Shown in pieces: positions 1 through 10,179 of a stretch of DNA of 64,000 nt. Under the pieces are notes generated by a model. That model was not told where the DNA came from. It did no database searches and saw only the letters and a list, made by a program, of their open reading frames with translations. The translations under genes and the position numbers were made by a program. Origin of the DNA: Azolla caroliniana (taxonomy: Eukaryota; Plantae; Polypodiophyta); assembly GCA_043228905.1 (NCBI GenBank), contig JBHGNT010000017.1, forward strand, positions 10,416,001-10,480,000. Direction: 5' to 3'. Each line of letters opens with the position of its first letter. The stretch's first letter is position 1.

Positions 1-278
1 AGAGTTAAGTAGAGCAGTTGCAGCGTTCGAGAGGGAAATGGAAATCTCATGGAGAGTAGTCTGCCTCGGCATTGAAAGGAGTCAATGTCGGAACGGCGGC
101 AGACCCTCAACTACTTTCGATTGCAAAAGACTTACTTCCAAGTCATAAGGCGACGATGTTGGAACTTCTCAAGGAATATAAGGATGTTTTTGCATGATCA
201 CATGATGACATGAAGGGGTTGGACCCCAAGTTTTATGAGCACAAAATCAACTTATCTACCGACGCAAAACCTGTATAG

Positions 279-703
279 TGTCAGGAATAGTACTAAAACA
301 GAGAGAGAATTAGTACTACAGAAGGGAAGTACTATTAGTACTAAGAGGACGGGACTGTGTAAGACTCCCGAGAGAGAGAAAGAGAGAAGAGGAGAGAGAG
401 AGAGAGAGATGATGATAATAGATGATATATTATGTGAAGAGCAAGTACAAAAGCTATGAGACTTAAGACTGGCGTTGAACCAATTTGGTTCAAAATAATT
501 CCTAGTGCCTTCTTTTATAGTGTTCTTAGGAGTAAGCCTGAAGCTTCTAGAATGTTCCAGAGAAATATGGAATAAACATTAATTTCCTATAATAAAGCTT
601 AAATGAAAATAATATCCTATGTATTACAATAGATGGTATAATGGTCAAGAGCTCGACCCATATAACATAAGGTCATGGGTTCAAGTCTTGCCATATCATG
701 ACA
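279..703 (-). repeat. 3' LTR of the chromovirus
   Basis: Direct repeat of 4155-4577 with TG...CA ends; PPT adjacent at 704-716. Confidence 0.95.
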
Positions 704-3700
704 CTATCCCCCCCTTAAAACGACGAGTGGAACGAGTCGGCACTGATTGCTTACCGGGTTTGTTCGGATACTTTCGGTGGAAATAATCAAGAAGATCCTG
801 AGCATTGGCGACATGCTCGACGAGTTCCCAAGTATGTTGCGAACAAGTTTGGAATCGAGGAGGGCAACAACTTCATACTCCGGGCCGGCGTCCAACTCAA
901 GCGGGGGCGGCGGTGGTGTAACACGATTGGGAATAGCGTTTGCTTTATAAGGTTCAAGAAGAGAACTATTGAAAACCGGATGTATCTGAAGATGCGGAGG
1001 GAGATCAAGGCGGAACGTGACATCATTAACCTTACCAGCAATACGGAAAGAACCGAGTCGTCGATAATCCAACTTGTCGCACGGTCGAGTAGTCTTGATG
1101 TGATGACAGAAAAGTCATACTCGATCTCCGATGGCAAAAGAGGAGGAAAGCCGATGAAGATCTGCATAAGTCTTTTGTGTGTGTTGAGCATGACGAAGAT
1201 GAGTAGAGAGATCCAACTGAATTTTACGTAGCCTCTCCAAATGATCCTCGGCACAAGGATTGATAGGTAGCTCCGGGGTGTCGATCACTGACCAGGGAGG
1301 ATGAGAACCGGTATAAGCGTAAAATGGGGAGACCCGAGTCGAGGAGTGAACAACATTATTATACGCAAACTCCACAAAGTGGAGAATCTCCGCCCAATCT
1401 TCTTGTTGATAACTCAGAAAACACCGAAGATATTATTCCAGCGTTTGGTTTGCTCGTTCCGCCTGCCCATCGGTCTGGGGATGGTAGACGGAGGACAGGT
1501 TGCAAGAGACCTCGAGCATCTTGAAGAGATGCTGCCAAAATTTGGAAATGAATTGAAGCCATGATGCTGAAATACTTCACGCATGACAAGGGCGGCGGTT
1601 TCCTCGCTAGTGATGACCTTAGTACACAGCACAAAATGTGCCATCTTAGTATATCGATCGACGACGGTTAAGATAGCATGGAACCCCTTCGAGACTGGCA
1701 GATCTGTGATAAAATCAAGACAAATAGACTGCCATGGCTTACTTGGAATCAGTAAGGCTTCCAACAAGCCATATGGATGGTGTCGTGGCATCTTTGCTCG
1801 ACAGCAAGCATCACAGGTCCGAACGTAGTCGTCGACAAAACGTCGCATATGGGACCACCAAAAAGATCGTTGAGCTAGATCCAACGTCTTAGTACTATCG
1901 AAATGTCCCGCCATATGGGTGTCGTGACAACTTTGGACAATTTGAAGGCGACAGGAGCAATTGGGGACATCTACAAGCTTTTTAAAGAATAACAAACCAT
2001 CATGATATTCGAATTGTCGATAGTCCATACCTGGTTGTTGAGACTAGGAGCAGGATGCCCGAGAGGTATCAATGTGGGCCAGAATGTCTTGAGCAAAACA
2101 ATCCCTCTTCAAGTTCACACGTATGGCATTAGTAATCCGGGCATCCATTGGGGTGTGAAAAATCCGCATTGTCTACAATCGTGTTGGTCCCAAGATTACT
2201 TGCTTTTGATTATCAAACATTGGGTCACCAAGACGAGGTGCAAGATATGAATGTCGTGATAGTGCATCTGCTTTTCCTTGTTGCTTCCCCGGTCAATATG
2301 TGATTTTGAAGTCAAAACGCATGAGGAATTGAGCCCACCGAGTTTGTCGTCGATTTAGCACACGAGCGTTCTGGAAATAAGCAAGATTTTTGTGATCGCT
2401 GAAGACGATGACCTAATGTAGAGAGCCCTCTAAGAAATTCCACCATTGCACAAATGAATCTACGATGGCTAATAACTCCTTGTCATGTATTTTGTAGTTA
2501 ATTTCCGTGGCATCGAATTTGCGCGAATGGAAAGCCACAGGATGTAACTCTTCTTTATCTCCTTGTTGAGAAAGGATGCTACCGAGGGCGAAATCCGATG
2601 CGTCGGCCTCCATGATGAATGGTTTGTTTGTATCCACATGAGCTAGAATAGGAGCTGATGTAAAGGCTTTCTTAAGATGCCGAAAAGCCATGTCCGCTTC
2701 ATTGGACTGAAGGAATGAATCCATGAAACAGGAATTGGCTCCGGAATCTAAAAGTGCTAGGACGTGTACTGGAGGAGTACTTTTAGTACTAACCATGACC
2801 TGGTCTAGGAGCACATTGCTAACTTGCTTGGAGGGAATGGAACCACTAATGGGTTGTACAGATCTAGGGCTGTCCAACCAAACAACTCCTATTTTGGCTG
2901 GACTCAGTCATTTAACTCTTCATCTAATTGAATAAGGATTTCAAATTTGTTTGAGATACTTGGGCTAAAAGTAGTATTAATACTATCAAACACTCTATTA
3001 GTACTATTAATACTATCAGACACTCCTAAGGGAAGAATTGACTCGGGTTTAGTACAGGCTACGATTTGATTTACCTGTCTTCTTGGCCTATGGGGACAGT
3101 TGATTGCGATATGCCTTGGTCCACCGCAATAAAGACATAATCGATTTGCACGTCTTCGTTGCTTTTCTTCTTCCGATAACGGGCCACGTCAACGCCTGGT
3201 GTCGATCTCCATCGGTGTTGGAGTATTTTCTTAAGATATGTCTCGTGCAAATGCTTTAGCCGCGACTGAGGCATATGCGGGCTCCGGTCTAGGGCGTGGT
3301 ATTTGTAATTGACGTTGCGAACGTTGTTCGAAAAGGGGGTTGTCGCAATGAACCGCTCGACTGATTACCTCTGTAAGAGACTTTGGTTCTTCGGGGAAGG
3401 TTAGAAGTAGATCTTTGACATCGTTTCCCGGGCCGTAGCTAAACTGCTCCATTAGTGCTTGATCATCCCATGGATATCTAAGGCGAGTAGACGGAAATCC
3501 ACCGCTTAGGCAGAGGCTGGATGATCGCCTTGAAACAATCATCGGATTTTGTTGATCGCCGTCCTGATGTTGTCTGTATCTCCAAAGCAAGCTTTAAACT
3601 CGCTAATAAAGTCTTCAAAGTTATTAAGTAAGGGCGATTGTGTTTCTAGAAGCGGAGCAAACCATGCCAAGGTTGAGCCGCTAAGAAACGTGCCTATTAG

Positions 3701-4030
3701 GCTGACTCGGGATGTATCAATAGGGTATCTAGAAGGATGCATTTGAATGACTAAGCGTACCTAATTGAAGAATCCCGTACCTAAATTGCGATCGCGTTCC
3801 ATCAAATTTCACAGGAAGTCCAATCTTGGGCTCTTTATGAAATCCTTGGGGACTTGATCCTTGTTGTTGCAACGCTGCTTTGAGTTGTTGCACACGTAAC
3901 GCTAATTCCCCATGTTGCTCTTGCAAGTCCCCCTGTTGTTGCTGCGTTTGCTGTTTTTCTAGGGCGATTTGTTGAAGATCCCCTAACAACCGTTGGTTTT
4001 CTTGTTCTAAGGCTACAAATTTTTCTTTTA
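704..4030 (-). pseudogene. Degenerate gag / protease / RNase H / integrase-chromodomain of the chromovirus
   Basis: ORF pieces 3729-3989, 3539-3742, 3231-3590 (gag); 2413-2877 (protease fused directly to RNase H); 1414-2028, 1115-1375, 704-1072 (integrase, GPY/F region, chromodomain). Confidence 0.9.
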
Positions 4031-4140
4031 GACACTATAGCTCGGAGAAAACGGATTGGTATTCTTGGGCAGTAATAGAAGCCATTGTATAAAAAAAGGA
4101 TAAGAGGATGAGGGAAACCAAAAGAAAGACTAGAGAGGGA

Positions 4141-4152
4141 AAATTGGTTCAA
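4141..4152 (-). promoter_or_regulatory. Primer binding site, self-complementary type
   Basis: Minus-strand TTGAACCAATTT lies 2 nt after the 5' LTR and is the exact complement of LTR sequence AAATTGGTTCAA (minus strand of 4349-4360). No TGG-starting tRNA PBS is present. Confidence 0.8.
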
Positions 4153-4154
4153 AC

Positions 4155-4577
4155 TGTCAGGAATAGTACTAAAATAGAGAGAGAATTAGTTCTAGAGAAG
4201 GGAAGTACTATTAGTACTAAGAGGACGGGACTGCGTAATACTCCCGAGCGAGAGATGGCAAGGATGAGAGAGAGAGAGAGATGATGATAACAGATGATAT
4301 ATTATGTGAAGAGTAAGTACAAAAGGGCTATGAGGCTTAAGACTGGCATTGAACCAATTTGGTTCAAAATAATGCCTAGTGCCTTCTTTTATAGTGTTCT
4401 TAGGAGTAATCCTGAAGCTTCTAGAATGTTCCAGAGAAATCTGGAATATACATTAATTTCCTATAATAAAACTTAAATGATAATAATATCCTACGTATTA
4501 CAATAGATGGTATAATGGTCAAGAGCTCGACCCATACAACATAAGGTTATGGGTTCGAGTCTTGCCATATCATGAGA
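4155..4577 (-). repeat. 5' LTR of the chromovirus with TATA box
   Basis: Direct repeat of 279-703; minus-strand TATAAAA at 4387-4393; (GA)n tract. Confidence 0.95.
4506..4572 (+). promoter_or_regulatory. tRNA-like Pol III internal promoter (A box/B box) in LTR U3; second copy at about 632-698
   Basis: A box TGGTATAATGG (4508-4518) and B box GGTTCGAGTC (4552-4561), 44 nt apart as in tRNA genes. Same layout at 634 and 678. The cloverleaf stems pair poorly. Confidence 0.6.
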
Positions 4578-6094
4578 TATAGCAGCATCGATATCGAATG
4601 AACCCGAATTACGCAGCCTGCGTAAAGGAAGAAATTGACAAACTTCTCAAGGCAGGGTTCATATGGCCGGTAAAGCAAGCAACGTGGCTAAGCCCGATAG
4701 TCGTAGTGCCAAAGAAGAATGGCAAAATCCGCGTTTGCGTAGATTATCGTAAGTTAAACACCGTGACGATTACTAATAGCGTACAAGACGCGGTTGCAAG
4801 CCATGACATGTATAGTTTTCTAGATGGCTTCAACGGATAGAATCAAGTATATCATGGTGGTCATGATGTTTGGGCTCAAGACAACGGTTGTAACTTTCCA
4901 GCGAACAATCACAGAGATCTTTGGGGAGTATATACCCGCCTTTATGCAAGTTTTCCTTGACGACTTCGCGGTATATGGAACAGGAGCCGAACATTTGGCC
5001 CATCTCCGACTCTGTTTGGAACACTATCGTACTTCACGGCTAAGCTTGAATCCAACAAAATGCGCATTCGGCATTACCAATGGAGCTCTCCTTGGCCACA
5101 TCGTAAGCAAGGAAGGGATAGCGGTGGACCCTAAGAAAATTACAAATATCATTGAAGCAAAAACTTTGACTACTGCCAAAACGCTCAGCCATTTTCTAGG
5201 ACAAATACGTTGGCATAGCCGTATGTTATGGTATTTGGCAGATTTCACTACCCCATTACACGCCGTCGTACAACGCACACCTTTCAAGTGGACGACGATT
5301 CAAGAAAAAGCTTACGATGCACTGAAGATAATGTTAACTCAGGCAACGGTCGTACAACCACCAGATTGGGCGAAACCTTTCCATGTCTTTGTGGATGCTT
5401 CAGATATAGCAATAGGCAACGCATTGATGTAGCTCACGGAGCCGAATTGGTATAGGTCGGTCTATTAGCCAGAAAGGGCATTACCTATTAGGGCGAAAAT
5501 TTACGTTTCACGTAGATCACGTGGCGCTACTATACTTGGTGGAGAAATAAGCACTGATAGGGAAGCTGGCCAGATGCATGCTGCTGCTCTAGGAGTTCGA
5601 CTTCGTAATTCAACATAGGCCAGGTACGCAACATGTCGTAACAGATTTTTTAAGCAGAACGGATAACGAGGAAAATGTGTGGGAGAATGATGACGACTTT
5701 CCCAATGCTGACGATAGCGTCACGGGAAGACAAAAAATTTCCGGATCGCTGGCTAATGGAGATGATGTACTTTCTGACCACAAGATTGCCACCACCGCAA
5801 CTAAGGACGGACGAAAAGAAGCTATTGGCTATCCTTAGTTGTAACTTTTGCTTGGTTGAAGGAGTCCTTTATCACAAGGGTAGTGATGGAATCTGGGGAC
5901 GCGGGATACGCCAAGATGAGGAGGCTGTTTTGCAGGAAGCCCACTACGGAACGGCAGGGGGACACTATGCGGGCGATGTTACGGCCAGATAAATATGGCA
6001 AGCGGGCTTATGGTGGCCAACTATGCAAAAAGATGTGTATCTATACTGTCGATAATGCAATTTATGTCAACGAATGGAGCAACCCATGGAGGCC

Positions 6095-6706
6095 ATGCAA
6101 TTAAAAGTGGACATGCAAAGTAACATTGAAGGCTATGATCAACAGAGAAGTCCATATAAAATTCCATTTTTTTTTCCTACACTCATCCTCTCTCCATTTT
6201 TTTTCTTTTCCTTCTCGATTCCCTTATCTCACAGAGCCATAACACTCATAAACTCTAATTTTCCCTACGGAAGCCGTATAAGTCATAATTCCAAATTTTC
6301 CATATGGAAGGTATTGAACTCTTAAACCATAATCTCTTATCAAAGCCAAAAAACCCTAATTTTCCCTACGGAAGCCATATCATTCATAATTGCAAATTTT
6401 CCATATGGAAGCTATTGAACTCATAAACCATAATCTCTTATCAAAGCCAAAAAACCCTAATTTTCTATCGAATCCATATCTCAAATTCTTCTAATCTATT
6501 ACTCTAGCAATCTCCATTAGCTAAACTTTTTGTAATCCCAATCTTGAGATTAATTGTAATTTTTCTTTTTATTTATTAATGAAATTTGTCAATCTTTCTT
6601 ATTTCGGTTAATTCTTAGTGCATAAAAATCACGAATGTGATATCCTCTAGTCAAAGGCCCCGGGGTCCTACCTCAAGTTCACGTATCCTAGTCGTATTTT
6701 CGCGAT
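6095..6706 (+). repeat. 3' part of a gypsy family B-type LTR with an internal 101-bp tandem duplication (6255-6456)
   Basis: End (...GGCCCCGGGGTCCTACCTCAAG...TTTTCGCGATA) matches the end of the solo LTR at 8110-8171. Confidence 0.75.
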
Positions 6707-6724
6707 AGTGGTGTATCAAATACC

Positions 6725-9700
6725 GTCTAGTTGGACAGAGACAGAACAGAAGGCGTACATGGCATTGAAGGTAATGGTCACACAAGCACCAGTAGTACAA
6801 CCACCAGACTGGACGTGACTATTGTCGTGTGATTCTTCACACACTATGTAAAAAAATAATGAAATAATTATTTTAGATTAGATTAGTGGCTTGATATGGA
6901 AAGATAGATGTCTTCAAGAGCTTCATAACGCATTTTACTACACATGAAACGGATAAATAAGTATTAAGTTATGTGAATATGAGGTTTGAGAAGATAAGGA
7001 AAATAGAATTGTGAAATATCCCACATAGATAGGAAACTTTAGGATTTATCTATATAAGCAAATTGAGAACTATTACTTTTCATCATGTGTTGAGAACACA
7101 AAAGGAATGGTTGAACTTGGACCAATTTGTCTACATGGACAAATGTGGCTAAGGAACTGGCAACCACACCGGGAACCGGAAACCGGATGGAGCAGGGAAT
7201 CGAAAATCGGAAATTGGAAACCGGCAACAAAACCAGAAACTAGAAATCGGATGGAGCCGGCGACGAAGTTGGGAACCAGAACCGTATGATGATGGAATCA
7301 GCAACCGGCGACCAATCGGATGGAACCAGCAACTGGCAATCGGACGAAGCCAGCAATCTTCAACCGGATAGAACAGGTGACCAGACGGCGATAGAGTAGA
7401 AACCGGACAGAGCCGGCGATGAAGTTGGGAATTGGAACTGGATGATGACGGAACCAGCAACCGGCGACCAATCGGACGGAGCCGACAATCAGCAACCGGA
7501 CAGAACCTGCAATCGGACGTGGACGCGGACCGGAGGGATTGGATGGGCGACGGTCGAGATGGACGGATGATAGGATCATGCGACGAATTAAAGTAAAATA
7601 AAGTAAAGGTCATGTGAAAGGCATGCAAAGAAAAGAGGGAGGCCATGTATAAAGTAAAGGTCATGTGGAAGGCATGCAACTAAAAGGAAAGGCGAAGTAA
7701 CTAAAAAAGGAGGCCATGCAACTAAAAATAAAGGCCAAGCAACTAAAAATGAAGGCCATGCAACAAAAAGGGGACGCATGCAAAGGAAAATGGGAGGCGA
7801 TGATCAAGAAGGAACTCGATATATGTATCACTTTTTTTTCTCTAGTTTCTTCTTCCTCTTTTTTTTGGCCCATTTTCTTGGGGAAAAAACGCTAAGCCTA
7901 ATTATCTTAGAGAAGAAAATCCTAATTTTCCTATCGAATCCATATCTTCGTTTCTTCTAATCTATTATTCTATTAATCTCCATAAGCTTAAACTTTTGTG
8001 ATCCCAATCTTGGGCTAGATTGTAATCTTTCTTTCCCTTTATTGATGAAATTTGTTAATCTTTCTCATGTCCATTAATTCTTTAATATAAACATATGAAT
8101 TTGATATCCTCTAGTCAGAGGCCCCGGGGTCCTGCCTCAAGTGCACGTATCCTCGTTGTATTTTCGCGACACCGTTCCATGTGTTTGTGGATGCGTTAGA
8201 CATAGCGATCAGCAACACACTGATGTAGTTGATCGAGCCGAATTGGTATCAGCCAGTCTATTACTCTAGTTGGAAACTATCGGTCATCAAGCGAAACTAC
8301 TCCACGACCGAGTGTGAAGCCCTGGGTATGATATATAGCATCAACAAATTTTGATACTACATACTAGGCTGAAAATTTGTCTTTCACGTAGGTCACGCGG
8401 CACTACTCTATCTAGTGTCGAAACAGTCTCTTACAAGGAAGCCAGCACGCTAGATGTTGCTATTACAGGAATTTGAAATCGAAATCCAGCACCGGCCAGA
8501 CATGGTGCAACATGCGATAGCCGATTATCTAAGCCGTATCGAAAATGATGAGAATGCTATCGAAGGGGATGATGACTTTCCGGACAACAGAATCCTACGC
8601 TTTAGCGCAAGCGGTGTCGAGACGGACAAGTCATGACCTCACAACAAATGGCTAGAGGAGATGAGCCATTTCATGAGCACAGGACTACCACCTCCACAGA
8701 TGCGAATGGACGAGAAGAAGTGATTGCGGTTAGAAATCGCAATTTTTGCCTACTAGAAGGAACCTTGTATAACAAGAGAAGTGACGGCATTTGGCGAAGG
8801 TGTGTTCGGAATGATGAGATGGAAGTAGTGTTACGAGAATCCCATTGCGGCATAGCTGGGGGCCATTATGCGGGTGACACTACCGCGAGGAAGATATGGC
8901 AAGATGGGCTCTGGTGGCCTACCACACAGAAGGACGCCCAAGCGTACTACCGAGAATGTGACCTGTGTCAGCGAATGGGACAACCTACAGAGCAAACCCG
9001 AATGTCGCATCAGGTCATGCTCCCATTAGAGTCATTCCAAATATGGAGCCTCGATTTTGTCAACCCATTTACCCCAGCCATGATGCACACAGGCAACCAA
9101 TACATTTTGGTGGAAACAGATTACTGCACCAAATGGGTCGAAGCGAAAGCCTTGTGGGATAATACGGCGGCATCCACTGCGACATTTATATGAGAACATC
9201 TGGTGCCATTTTGGCTGTCCCATCAAACTCATGAGTGACCAAGGAGGCTACTTCCAGAATACGATGATTCACGGTCTCACTGACCACTACACCGTAGTCC
9301 ACAAGAAGAGTACTCCGTACTACCGTCAAGTGAATGGACTCGCAGAGTCGACGAACAAAACTTTACAGAACATTTTGACGAAGATTGTCAACGACAACCG
9401 CACTGATTGGGAAACTAAGCTTCACAGCGCCCTACGGGCATATCAGACAAGCTTCAAAACCAATATCCAGTCCACCCCATTCCGGTTAGCATTTGGACTC
9501 AAAGTCGTAATGCCCATCGAGTTCCAGGTTCAAAGCTTGCGGATACTGATTCGGGAACGTCTTCCCAAAAAACAGTCCAACAACTACGCTTGCAGCAACT
9601 TCTCAAACTCGGCGAAGACAAGGTGCAGAGCATGGCAATCCAGGAACAGGAGCACGCTATCGAAAGGCGTTCGTGGATCGGCATCGAGGAGGTAACGAGA

Positions 9701-9960
9701 AATATTTCGAAATCGGAAAAATGGGACAAATGCTAGGAAAACTCTGATTTCGGTGGACAGTGCCGTATTGGATAATCCGTGTCAAAAATGGTACTTTCGA
9801 GGCTGGAACTCTCACTGGTGAAGTTTTACGATAAAAGTTCAACGGCTTCCGACTCTATCCGTACTGGGGACCCACACTGCCGAACCCTTTCCAAAACACC
9901 GCGGAATTAGCAGAGGCAAACGCCGGCCCACTCCCTGCCATATCAATTTCGGGGGGTGAA
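6725..9960 (+). mobile_element. Second gypsy family A pol remnant (RNase H-integrase), interrupted by a solo LTR
   Basis: QAPVVQPPDWT before the insertion, PFHVFVDA after it; then NYSTTE, HCGIAGGHY, LDFVNPF, DYCTKWVEA, SDQGGYF, NGLAESTNK. Confidence 0.9.
6823..8171 (+). mobile_element. Solo LTR (gypsy family B type), about 1.35 kb
   Basis: TGTCG...CGACA termini splitting a contiguous RNase H coding sequence. Flanks CTAT/CCGT are compatible with a decayed 4-bp TSD. The 5' part resembles the LTR after the PPT at about 42441. Internal AACCGG- and CATGCAAC-rich subrepeats. Confidence 0.85.
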
Positions 9961-10179
9961 CCCCTACCGCATTAAATGTGACCCCACTTTGTAATCATAC
10001 ACCATTAATGTACCATAGTAACAACGATTACCGTTAGGTGTGGAATGAATGAGAAAAGAAAAAAAGAAGAAAAGAGGGCATTTAGAACTATTTAAAGATC
10101 TTGCATACAGACACATATCCCAACAAAACAAGCAAACGCATGTAACCATGGCTCGACGAATCTTGAACCCTAACCTCCT

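Larger units (their letters stand above)
279..4577 (-). mobile_element. Ty3/gypsy chromovirus (Tcn1/Tf1-like), two LTRs, RT domain deleted
   Basis: LTRs 279-703 and 4155-4577 (TGTCA...TGACA/TGAGA). TSD TATAG at 274-278 and 4578-4582. PPT (minus strand AAGGGGGGGATAG) next to the left LTR. Gag (KEPKIGLPVKFDGTR), protease (ALLDSGANSCFMD), RNase H (EADASDFALG), integrase (LDFITDLP) and chromodomain start (PEYEVVALLDSK). Confidence 0.95.
1..6090 (+). mobile_element. Ty3/gypsy family A (non-chromovirus, Athila/Tat-like RT) pol remnant, interrupted at 279-4577 by a chromovirus
   Basis: 1-278 reads ...LLKEYKDVFA*SHDDMKGLDPKFYEHKINLSTDAKPV and resumes at 4583 with QHRYRMNPNYAACVKEEIDKLLKAGFI. Downstream are RT (VFLDDF), RNase H (FHVFVDASDIAIG) and the integrase zinc finger (HYGTAGGHY). 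Many stops and deletions. Confidence 0.9.

Noticed and set aside
632-698. Functional tRNA gene in the LTR
   Set aside because: Acceptor, anticodon and T stems pair poorly; kept only as a tRNA-like promoter motif.
7149-7873. Repetitive ORFs on both strands
   Set aside because: Translations of subrepeats inside a solo LTR.
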